This document shows, piece after piece, positions 52,406-64,000 of a stretch of 64,000 nucleotides of DNA. How positions within the stretch are numbered: position 1 is the first letter of the stretch; the number at the start of each line of letters is the position of its first letter. The DNA is from Octopus sinensis (Eukaryota), in assembly GCF_006345805.1 (NCBI RefSeq), contig NC_043013.1, forward strand, positions 53,134,001 through 53,198,000, given 5' to 3'. Made by a program: the position numbers and the translations under genes. The notes below the pieces were generated by a model, which did no database searches, was not told where the DNA came from, and saw only the letters and a program-made list of their open reading frames with translations.

Positions 52406-52997
52406 TATCAAGGATATCCAAGGTAGAGTAGTATAATCGTTTCATGCTACTTTATTTTATTAAACCCTGTAAGTATTATATCAATTTTAAAATGTCGAGC
52501 AATCTTCAGCCACATATAGAATTTTACAATTAAACGGACAATGCACATTCTTATACTTATTTCATTTCCCAATATTACAAAGAGGGTAGAGGTATAGACA
52601 GAGAGGTTAATTTCATCATTAAGAACATGATGGTAGTATGTTCGTTCTCCGTCTGTAGATTTTATCACTAAGTTCACTTTGTTATTTAGATCTATCAGTG
52701 GGGAAGAGATTTTTGTTCTTGGTGGAATGGAGACAAACAAGAATTTTTCTATTTACAGATAGAGGAAGGGGTAGTACAAATCTCAAAACCATAAACCTAT
52801 CCTTATTTTCATCTGAATCTATATATATATATATATATATACCACACATACACACACACACACACACAATATATATATATATATTTTATATGTATATATA
52901 TATATATATAGATTATATATATATATAAATTAGTAAATAAATGGCACAACTAAGTACCGATATTCTCTACTGCAAGGCGATACTTTGTATTGCATTA

Positions 52998-53044
<47 letters not shown>

Positions 53045-53049
53045 GTGTA

Positions 53050-53117
<68 letters not shown>

Positions 53118-53427
53118 CATACATACATACATACATACCAATACATATATATGACTTTACCAGGTGCTGCTATTACTGGCCGAAATTTATCAAAGTTATC
53201 AACGTTATGTGTGTGTGTGTGTATAATCCCAACAAGAAGACAAAGTAAGACTTTAATACATCTTTAATCATTGGTTACAATTGTTTCTGTAAAAACTTTA
53301 ATTTCAACATCCAAGAGAAAATTTATATAATCCACAATATAGAAAAAGCCTAAGCGTGGGTTTGAGTGCCTGCATTAACAATGCCCTATGTTTCTACCTA
53401 CCAGACCTTTCATATATATATATATTA

Positions 53428-53461
<34 letters not shown>

Positions 53462-53505
53462 CTATATATATCTATATATATATATATATATAATAATATA
53501 TATAT

Positions 53506-53548
<43 letters not shown>

Positions 53549-56500
53549 ATATATAGATAATACACTACATACATATATATACATATACATATTATACATA
53601 CATACGTACATAAATATATACATACAACACACATACCCACACACACACACATATAATATATATATGATATATATATATATAGATATATATATATAATATA
53701 ATATATATGTGTATGTAATGTATATATATATTGTTTACATTTTGTGTGAAGTAGAAAGATAGTAATCAATACATGGTGTACATATCGGTAAGCTGTGCAG
53801 ATTACCGCAACCCGTGTTTTACACCCTGTGACGTTTCAGGCAATTAATTCAGATTTTCAAATGTCACATTGCTTTATGCAATTATGTTCTTATTAATCTA
53901 ATTTGTGGATCATGGTTCAACTATTATTTCACTGTTCGATTTCTATTGGCTTTGCACAAACTCCATACTTGCATTTTTGTTGTTGTTGTTGCTGCTTTTT
54001 TTCCTTCCTGGCAACACTGCTTTAGTTTAGGCCATTTATCCCGCTTATGAATCAGATATGATGTCTACATACAGATTAATTATTGAATAGCATATTTGTT
54101 CTATGCTGATATTATAAATTTACTTCGATTCCTAATAGTTTTTTTTTATTTTTGCAGATCCAGTTCTATAGATATGTCACTATTATTCCCAAATTTATTT
54201 TCTTTATATATTTCTCTTTTAGGTTCCAAATATACAGCGCAAAAAAACCAGTTACGTTCCTTCTTTATATTTGGCGCTACAGAGTGATCTGCTATGCATA
54301 TCGATGTTTAATGGTCTGCATGCTTACTTTTTATCTTTACATATTTCTTACTGTACAACTGACTTATCTAGGTCCTCTCTTCTCACACAATTGCCATTTT
54401 CCAGTTATGTATTAGATTCGTTACAGTTTCATAAATTTCTCTTGACTCCTGTGAATTCCTTTCTATTTCTATTTTTTATACTCTGGAAATCATAATTTTA
54501 GTTCCGCGTGCATCTGTAACCAACTTTTCTATTGCTCCCATTTACGAGATTATTGTCATTATAGTCAAATGGAAAACGTTTTGTGGTTTGCAGCATTTGG
54601 TACTGAATGTAGATCAGATTCTTTGACCTAACAAATTATGCAGTTTCTCGTGGTTTTGTGGGGACTGACGTTCATTTTGTTAACATGACGTACGTACTTC
54701 AATGTGTCTTTAAATCCGTTCCTTTTTAGTGCACTATGCACACACACACACACACACACACACATGCGACGATCTTTCAGTCTCCTCCTGTCTATCAAAT
54801 CTACTCACAAGGTTTTGATCAGTCCGAGGTTATAGTAGAAGACACTTTCTCAAGGTGCCCCAGAGTGGAACAGAATGTGGACGCATGTAGCTGAATGCAT
54901 ATATATATATATATATATATAGATATATATATATAATATATATATATATATTATCATATATATATATACATACATACGCACGCGCATACTCACTCACACA
55001 CACACACATTGTTATGAAAGAATTGTAAATGATAATACGATATACTTTACATGCTGCAATCTGATATTTTTATTCTTGCCGACGTCATAAAAATGTTTTA
55101 TCTCCGAGCGAACTTTGTGTATATCTTTAAATTTCTCTACAAATACCTCAATAAATATGCCAATCTGTTGATCGCTGTTTCCATGCCGGTGATTAAAACA
55201 GGAACATTATAATTTAGAGCGAATTTATAATTTGCATATCCTGTAAATTGAAACAACTTAGTGTATTGTGGCAGAAATACAAATGCTTGTAAACTAAAGT
55301 AGTAATCCTAACTGTTTAGCCAAGTTTATATTGGTTATTAAGTAACATGTACCTTGAATTAATTTAGTTGCCGCTCTTGAAATTAAACATAGTTTACGCG
55401 CAAGAAGCAGAAAATCCACGGCATTGATTGATGTTAACAATAATTTTATGCTAGCAGTTTGTGATAATACGTGGAGAGAACTCATTGATAAGCATCGATA
55501 AATTAGTGGGGAAGTATACTAAGACAGTAATGTATGTTACTGATTAAGAAGAGACATTGATAGGAATCCGAGGTTAAATGTATGGTTAGTGAGAGATTTG
55601 AATAAAGGCGAACGATAACAACAACAAAAGCAACGTTTAATTAAAGCGCAGCGAAAACAAAATACAAAGATTTAATCGAAATATGGCTTCTCCAGATGCA
55701 AGTTTTCAATTGCATGCGTTCATTATCTCCAGAGATTCAATTTAGTATTGATTAAAAGTAAATTACATTTTAGAAACTTAAATAAAGGTTCCTCCGATGA
55801 TATATATCTTATTCCTGTGCAAAATAATGCCAAGAGGGGCAATTGGCCAAATTAAACCAAAGTAACATGCTGTCGATCAGCTCTCGGGAAAATTTCACGT
55901 TTCGTTCCTCCTTAAGTGGTGTTGGTGCTGGTTCTATGTAAAAGATATCTAATAAATAACTCAAATTAATTCACAATGGATCGGTACCATGGTTAGTGCA
56001 ATTCACCACGATAAGCTGGAGTGATACTGCAAAAACATTGAATTTTTGTTATATATTATTGATATCTGCAAACCGTTTGAATAAAAGATATTACTTGCTG
56101 ATAGAATGACTTCTAGAAGAAACTATCACAGAAGAAATAATAAAACACATCAACGGTAAAGGGGAAAAATAAGCTTAATTTAATTGTATTTTAGTGAAAT
56201 TTAGAGAATTGAAATAAAAAGTAAAATCTCACTCGAGATTCAGAAAATATTACAAATAAATAATCCATCTTAAAAATCACAGATCTAGAGGAGGATCCAC
56301 TAATGTTGCATCATGGTATATTTTTTACACTTTGCGTGTTTTTCTGACCTGTAGGGTAAACATTGAACCTGCAACCACAAATTGAACAGTCCCAGGATAG
56401 TCGTACATTTATATTATCAATAATTACTGATGCACGATATCTATCCCCTGCGATATCTATCAATCTCTTCAATGATGGTTCTTCATCGCCACTGCATTAA

Positions 56501-56719
56501 GTACGTCTCCTCCGAGAAATTAATCGGTTAATAAGAAACAGATGTCTCAGTATTTGTGGATTGTAGAACAATGATTGATTAGTAAGGGGGTATCTATAGC
56601 AAGCAGGGTAAGATAGCGACATTAAGAACAGGGTGTATACGGGTGTATACGGGTGTATACGAGTATATTAAATGTATTATATGTAAAGAGATTTAAGAAC
56701 GAGAGAACAAGAAACCATT

Positions 56720-57330
56720 ATGGTTCTCTGGAGAACATATAACCTCAGATGTTTAGACTATTGCTCCTAAATAGAGTCACCACACAATGTTAAATTAACA
56801 ACAGAACTGGAAACAATCCAGCGAAGCTGCACGAAGAAGATCGTCTCAATGCCATATGTTAGCTAATGGAAGAAGCTCAAAAAGTTAAGACTCTTCTCCT
56901 TAGAACGAAGGCATGGAAGTTATGCGGTGATATGCATGCGCAAAGTTCTGGAAGGATTGTACCAAAACTGTAGCATTGAACGTTACTAAAAAAAGTAGAA
57001 CGGAGCACCACTGCATAGTGTCAAAGATTCCAACGTCGCCATCAAAGTACAAGGCCAGTTACTGTGACAGTTTGAGTTTCAAGAGCTCACATCTCTTCAA
57101 TAACCTCCTTAAAAAAACCTGAGAGACCAGCACGGGATGGAGGAAGGTGTTTTCAAAGCAAAACAGAATCACTTCCTGTCAAAAATTCTGGATGAACCTA
57201 CCTTCCAGCAGGAAACGCAGATCAGGGCAGCAGTACCAAAATTTCTCATTCACGAAGTGCCATATATATCAGGGGAGGTTTCAAGTAGCGAAAATACAGC
57301 AAAGCTAACAGCGGCGCCTAACATGGCCGC
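56720..57330 (+). mobile_element. CR1-group LINE 3' fragment
   Basis: Frameshifted LETIQRS.., KKLRLFSLERRH, VLEGLV.N, SFK..HLFN.L, VFKAKQNHFLSKILDEPT..IRAA; homologous to 25862-26395. Confidence 0.8.
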
Positions 57331-57412
57331 AACTCTCGAGCTGAAAGGAGATGAAGACATGTATGTGTGTGTGCGTGCGCGCGCGTGTATATATATGTAT
57401 GTATGTGTGTGT

Positions 57413-57469
<57 letters not shown>

Positions 57470-58373
57470 GTGTATGTATGTATGTATGCATGTATTAGAG
57501 TCTCAAAGAAGAGATATTTGCATAAGCGTAACAGACAACAGAGCTTATCGACAGAGCTGATTCAGATAAATGAAAGACGAATCCAACCGATTTTCTTTCG
57601 CCATTCCACTTCCATCCGATAATGAAATCTTTAGCTGTGATGCTAAACCAGATTAACTACAGACAAATAAAGTATGAGGTGACAATCAGCCACCTCCAGT
57701 GGTTGATATTTATCTTGTTGCTGTTGATCTTCTTCTTCTTGTTGTTTATCTAATTTCAAACCCCATCATCTGCGACATCTCGGATACGTATGTCATTCCA
57801 CCGAACTCCTAACTGACATCCAGTTATCAGTCGTTCGTCAGGTCATGTCCATGTCTGACCACAAACGATACGTTTTACATACGCAAAACCACTCATTTTG
57901 ATTATAATTCATGCGATTCAATAAAGCCATTGGTATGGAATCTCGGTTTATAAAAATACAGTAGAACCACATTAGAAAATGAGGAAAACAAATAAATTGA
58001 ATAATATGATGCTAAAGAAACAGAAGCCAAAGGATGAGACTAAACGGTATGCACACACACACACATATATACATAGTACATATATACGCATATATGAATA
58101 TATATATGTGGAACGCGGAGTAGCCGAAACAGGGGCAACTGAAGAAGGGGAATATTCCTTGTGTTGTATGTCCTGTACACTGTTTTTTCGTTGTTTGGAA
58201 ACAAAGTCCGTTTCTATATTTTTTGTTTTTATGTTTTCGTTTCTCATTGTGTTCAAAGTTTTTTTGGTGTCCTGTACCCATATATGCATGTATATATACA
58301 TATAGATGTACATATATGTATGTATATATGCATATGTTTTATATATTATTTGTTATGATATATATATATATAT

Positions 58374-59458
58374 AGATAAGAAAGTTGGTTTGTGAAAGCA
58401 CGTGGTTGAATATATAGAAAATAGTAAAAAGTGAAAAAACTACAGAAGGCTTGTTTTAAAAGGTTAAAAAATATATATTTGAGTCAATATGTCTGAAGAA
58501 TATTATAAATTTTTTTGTTACAATGACATAGTTTAGAAGAAAGACCGGTTTCGCGTTTAGCTTTTCAAATTTCTTACGTCGTTATGTTTATGTTGAGAAG
58601 AGTTATCGTTATGTTTATGGTCAAAAGAGTTCTAGATAAGGGGAGGTAATAAGTGATTTCTTCCGGTGTAAGGGAGATAATCGCTTAAAATTTTTTGCCT
58701 TTCCCTTGGTGTGAATTTCTCTGTATCAGTATGTTGGAATGGTTAAGTCCTGGCTCGTACTTTTCAATGAAGAATGTTTCCTTGTTTTGTCTAATTTGTG
58801 TTGATGATCCGATAGCACATTGGTAAAATGGAAAGATTAAAAATTGTGGTAGTAGTTGCTTTGCGCATTTCTCAATGTGCTCACTAAAAGGTATCATTCT
58901 GTATTCTGGGAATGCAATCTGTTGTCGATGCAGTGTGTATCTATGTCTGAGTGATAGTCCCGTGGATCCCACGTAGTCTTGGTGGCAGCCCGAGCATTTT
59001 ATGACATAAATTATGTTTTCAGAGGCACAAGTAAAATTAGATTTGATCAAGAATTTCTGTCCCTCTTTGAAGAGGAATTCTGATCCTTCTAGCAGGTTTG
59101 GACATGTTGCACAGTTCGGTCTACCACATTTTTTTACTTTTGTATCCGTAATTTCAGAAAACAATCTTGCCTTTGTGAGAATCTTTTTAAGTGATTTAGG
59201 TTGTTTGTAGCTTTTAATGATTTGGTGTATGCTTAGAATTTCCTTTAATTTGGGGTCCTTATGAAGTATTGGTAAATTATGGGTGATGATGGTGAAGGCT
59301 TCTTTGTTTCTGGGGTTGTATGTAGATATGTAAGGTAGTATTTTCGGGGAAGGTGTGTTGTTGTGTTGAACTTTTCTTAAAGTTTCTATGTTGATTTCTG
59401 TTGCACGTCTGATCCCATCCTCTATGAGTTGAGCTGGGTAATGTCTGTCAATTAGGGC
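58374..59458 (-). mobile_element. 5'-truncated PLE of a second family with an uninterrupted ORF
   Basis: My translation keeps the frame of track ORF 58685..59164 open up to 59458 (257 codons): DRHYPAQLIEDGIRRA, ILPYISTYNP, YKQPKSLKKILTKA, linker CGRPNCATC, NFTCASENIIYVIKCSGCHQDYVGSTG, KETFFIEKYEPGLN. The 3' end abuts (TA)n. Confidence 0.92.
58537..58575 (-). ncRNA. Degenerate minimal hammerhead in the PLE 3' UTR
   Basis: AAGAAA-TTTGAAAA-GC-TAAAC-GC-GAAA-CCGG-TC-TTTCTT. 6-bp stem I, palindromic ACCGGT and a GUC site, but CUGANGA is degenerate. Confidence 0.5.
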
Positions 59459-61119
59459 CTATATGCTAAGAAATAGACGATAAATCGTCTCACCACTGCA
59501 AAAATGTTACAAACGCATGTGTTGAATTCGATGCAACAAGCCAACTAATAAAACAGATAGCCCTGGATTAGTTAATTTCTAGATCTGCGCAAAGGGTTTA
59601 CCGTCTTCAGCAGGACATACATAGAAAATAAATGAGGTATTTATACATACGCACAAGAAAGCAAAATGCAAAGCCATAAATACATATAAATACCCCAGAC
59701 ACCTCCGAACAAGTTTCGTAGCTTGCCTCAACATGTGTGTTCGGTATGCTTTCCCTTAATGGAGTAATTTTTCATTTACAATAATAGAGGACAAAGCATT
59801 AAAAAAAATTATCAGTGGCCAGCATATAAAAAAGAAGTCTGATGAAGGTAAAGTTATATATATAATTAAAAGGGCTTAGAATACACGCGCGTGTACGCAC
59901 ACACACACACACATATATATATACATATATATATTCATATATGCATATTCACATACACACACATATATACACCAAGTGGTATGTGCACGTATATATATGT
60001 ATATAGACATTCGACCCAGTTTCACATATATGCATAACATATATGTATCACGTGATCACTTGATTGACTAGACTATCGGATGTTAAACATCGCTGGTCCC
60101 AATATATATGTACTGTTCTAGCTTAAGAATGTAACGCGCAGCTGGTCTGAGAATCGAACCCTCGATCTTAGGATCATGTGTACAACTGGCCTAATCAATG
60201 ATCGACGTTCTTTCACATGTATGATAATAAATAATAATAATGCATAATAATAAAAAAAACTCTCACAAGGTATATAACATTAATTAGTTTAATCGAATCG
60301 CATTTAATTGTTTCGATCAGTGAATATAGTTGACATAATGTTGTTAATTCGTAGCTTCCATTAACCACAGTAGAGATCTGTTCCTTAAGGCCGTCTGCCA
60401 AAAACTCATTGGTCTGATAGAAAATGTATCTCTTCTTTACTTTCCCTCTTCTTATATATATTATATATATGCTTTTTAATTAGACGCAATTAGTCAATGA
60501 ATATCTGTTTCCAAAGAAATACTGGAGTTTCTTATTTTCGAGTCAGTCTTCATTAAAGAAAACAGCTGCCAGAGCCGATAATAATCAAAATTATCTTCAG
60601 CGGAATTCAATCGTTAATATCCTCTCATTGTAGACAACGAGCTGGAAGAATCGTTCGCACGTCGAGCAAATTGCTAAGCGGTATTTCGTCCGTCAGTTTC
60701 TACTGACTTTGACTCTGCTGTTCATCCTTTCCCAGAAGATAAAGTACCAGTTGATCACAGAGGTCGATGTAACCGACTTACTTCGCTGCCCCGGAAATGC
60801 TGGCCTTGTACCAAACATTGAAACGAATATCCTCTCATCGTTTCTATAGTGAGGCCTGAAGATGTAACAGTTATTTTTTAAATGTTTCAATCGACTAACC
60901 TGTAAACAGGTAAGCAAAGATAAAACCGATATGCAACAGTATTGTAAAATAGAGGAGTATACTTTAAGTTGCGAAAATGATCTCGCTACATCTGGTTGGA
61001 GTGATTTGGAGAGGCATCCTCTCTTGAACAGTGAACGGTCCTCATCCGTTTGAACACCAGTAACCTTGAACACGGGGTAACGTTTTACAAACACTACTTT
61101 CAGTTATTAGGTGGTCCAC

Positions 61120-61325
61120 AGACAGAGACATTAGCACGCCGGGCGAAATGCTTGGCAGTATTTCGTCTGTCTTTATGTCCTGAGTTCAAATTTCGCCGAG
61201 GTCGACTTTGCCCTTTATCCTTTCAGAGTCGATATATTAAGTACCAGTTGTGTACGGGGCTCGATCTAATCGACTGGCCTCCGGTCCCCCAAAATGTCGG
61301 GCCTTGTGCCTAGAGTAGAAAATAA
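61120..61325 (+). mobile_element. SINE family A, tail type 2
   Basis: TTAGCACGCCGGGCGAAATGC head, core, and CTGGCCTCCGGTCCCCCAAAATGTCGGGCCTTGTGCCTAGAGTAGAAA tail. Confidence 0.85.
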
Positions 61326-61350
61326 TAAATGCTGTGTATCTTGTATCTAT

Positions 61351-61825
61351 TGTTTGTTTCAGTCATTAGACTGCGGCCATACTAGAGCACCCCTTGAAGA
61401 ATCATAGTCGAAATCATCCAGTCTGGTACTTGTTTCTTTTGTATTTTAAAACTGGTGCTTATCCTACCGTTCTCCTCTCTGTTGTCGAACTCCTAAGTTA
61501 CGGGGATGTAAACACACCAGCGCCGGTTGTCAAGTGGAGAGAAAAACAAGCACAAAAACACACAGAGACACAAACCCAATGACATACACACACACATAGA
61601 CTCACACCCATGCACATATATATATATATATATATATACATACATACTCAATATACATATACGATGGGCTTCTTTCAGTTTCCCTCTACCAAATCCACTC
61701 TTAAGCTTTTGGTTAGATTTAGGCGATAGTAGAAGATATTAGGTGAAGGTGTCAGGCAGTGGGCCTGAACCGGGAACCCTGTGGTTGCGAAGCAGATTTC
61801 TTATCACACAGCCACCCCTGTGCCT
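61351..61825 (-). mobile_element. SINE family C, near full length
   Basis: Reverse complement of 10196-10690, from the GACTGCGGCCAT end to the CACACAGCCAC head. Confidence 0.8.
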
Positions 61826-62359
61826 ACTCTCTCCAATTAAAATAGCCTGACGTACAATTCCTCCCAATCCTATAAGCCACAGATTCCCATCACTCGTCGA
61901 CCCTGCCACTTGCTTCATCTTACTCTAAGACTTACTTTCTCAAACATCATTCCAAATATGTGGAACTTCTCCTCCAAGACTTAACAGATCAATCTCGGTA
62001 GAGATCAAAGGAACTTGCGCTCCCCCTTTGGTCTAAAATCACCATGTGTAGTGTGAGTATGTATACACAAGCATACATACGCACACACACACATGCACGC
62101 ACACACATGCACGCACACACATGTATGCATGTATGCATATAGGCACATGCGCATATACATACATATGCATATATATATACATATATATATACATATGTAT
62201 ATATATATGTAAATATATATATATATATATACATGTATATACTTATATACATGCCTACATATACATACCTATATATATCTGTGCGTGTGTAGGTATCTAT
62301 ATGTATAGGTATGTAAATATTAATATATATATATATATAGATATATATATATATATTAT

Positions 62360-62404
<45 letters not shown>

Positions 62405-62796
62405 GTTGGATGAATGGATAGACCAAAGTAATGTTTAAGGATGCGTATGAAAAGAAATGGGAACTACAATAAGAAAAGGAAGTGCCAAACGTTACGATGA
62501 CAAGCATACATGCAAACGCATTGGAATATAGGTATTTAGTTTTATATGCGAAGTGGTGCTGAATATTGCCGGGATTTAAGTGTGTCGCGAATGACCTGGC
62601 TGGAGCCCAAACTAGCGAGTTCTTTTCTAGGGCTTAGAAACACCGAAGGACCGCTGCAATAAGTGTGTGAATCTGAGAGAGGAATGTGTTCAATAAAAAT
62701 CATAATTAAGTAATCTGCCTGTATATTCAGAAATATTACATTTCTAAATCTCTCATAGAGATATGTACGGTGGTGGGGCGATAGAATGGTTGTATA

Positions 62797-62989
62797 CTGT
62801 CAATCTAACGTGAACGTGACAGTAGGGGGTTACACCACCGCTGTTTAGCCCTAGGAAGCATCGACATTTCGTAAATGTATATAAGGCCACAGGAAAAATG
62901 TGTCGAAGCCAGCAGGAAGCGTCGATTCTTCCTAGGGCTAAACAGCGGTGGTGTAACCCCCTACTGTCACGTTCACGATAGATTGCCTG
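62797..62989. mobile_element. Tc1/mariner-type MITE
   Basis: 50-bp perfect inverted repeat (62809-62858 / 62928-62977) extending imperfectly to both ends; flanked by TA (62795-62796, 62990-62991). Confidence 0.85.
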
Positions 62990-63480
62990 TATATTCTTTT
63001 AGTCAAAGCCAGGAACTATCCAGCACCCCCTTGTACATGTTCATATCTAAGCATAAACCTATGTATGTATGTATGTATGTATGTATGTATGTGTGTATGC
63101 ATGTGTGTATGTGTGCGTGTGTGTGTGTGTATACATATAGACATTTGTGTGTACCTTATATGTCATATGCAACACGTACCAACTCTTCGAAACCAGTGGC
63201 ATATGAATACTCGCATTAAAAGAGTTCAACGGAAAACACATGCTAAACAAAGTACCTCGGGGCTGCAAAATAGTCTATGCGATAAAAGTTGGAATATACT
63301 TGAAGAATTCAAAATATGTTACGCAAGACAATTATCTTTATAATCACCTACCATCGAGGTATATACCAATCACGTGTCTGTGCAAGTCCTAGTCGCAGCG
63401 AACGTCATTTTACTGGTCGTTAACAATATAATGTCAATGTCGGTATGCCAGTGAAGTAGTTGACATTTGATGAGAAATAA

Positions 63481-63785
63481 TCTTTATATATAAAATTAAC
63501 GTTGTGTGTGTGAGACTCTGTCTCCTCCGATTTAGATTCCTAACTACTCCCACATTTTGCGGTGCAGTTTAACCAAAAGCGGGTATCTTATAGTCGTCAT
63601 TCATATCGAGCCCTTCTGCGTATTAGCGCGCGTCTACGATGAGTCTACGATTAAAAAAAAAAATTACCATCATTTTTCCGCATTTTTAATGATTTTTGCT
63701 CGGGTTATATAAAGGAAGTAACTCTCTAAAATGCTTATATAGTTATTTCCCTTACAAACCCGAGCAACGCGAGTGATACTGCTAG
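63481..63785 (+). mobile_element. Short non-autonomous Helitron
   Basis: A|TCTTTATATATAAAA start, CCCGAGCAACGCGAGTG degraded hairpin, CTAG|T end, no TSD. Confidence 0.85.
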
Positions 63786-64000
63786 TTAAATAGAAAGACG
63801 TAACGTGTACGCCATCACTAACCTAGTTCCTTCCGCTTTTGTTATTGCTGTCTGCTAAATATCTCAAATATGACGGTGAATATGTGATATAGGCTAAAGG
63901 TGGCTTAACGTGTATACACATACAAACAGACACACGAACGCACACTTACACATACACATACGTTTATGCTTAGGTCGTACGATCATAAGCTCAATACTCA

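Noticed and set aside
54159-54495. Strong-looking acceptors and a ~90-codon open frame
   Set aside because: No matching donor or recognisable protein; typical AT-rich intronic composition.
58100-58280. GCCGAAAC followed by CTGAAGA, suggesting a permuted hammerhead
   Set aside because: The spacing is too short for stems III and I; probably a decayed repeat fragment.
59587-59612. Minus-strand CTGAAGACGGTAAACCC resembling a hammerhead start and the 45.1-kb hairpin; also CTGATGA matches near 29505, 30790, 46510, 50820 and 59830
   Set aside because: No correctly placed GAAA, stem III and stem I partner.

Overview
This is AT-rich, repeat-saturated animal genomic DNA, probably intronic or intergenic. 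The repeat families look like those of an octopus or other coleoid cephalopod (my recollection, not a database result). I recognise no host protein-coding gene. Nearly all ORFs in the track are microsatellite artefacts, and three short splice-flanked candidate exons are offered at low confidence. Supported content: (1) four Penelope-like retroelement (PLE) insertions plus a PLE-type 3' end, nearly all abutting (TA)n; (2) five hammerhead-ribozyme-like motifs; (3) a same-strand pile-up of R4/Dong-like LINE fragments in (TAA)n at 37.9-42.7 kb; (4) an RTE LINE tail with three C2H2 fingers; (5) CR1-like relics and several tRNA-derived SINE families; (6) two non-autonomous Helitrons, hAT and Tc1/mariner MITEs, and a large foldback. 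The most interesting item is a non-coding 555-bp insertion at 44923-45477. It consists of 1.45 copies of a 352-bp unit containing a well-formed type I hammerhead, plus a 47-bp perfect inverted segment, set in (TA)n. This fits a retrozyme-like, possibly circular-RNA-derived element mobilised by PLEs.
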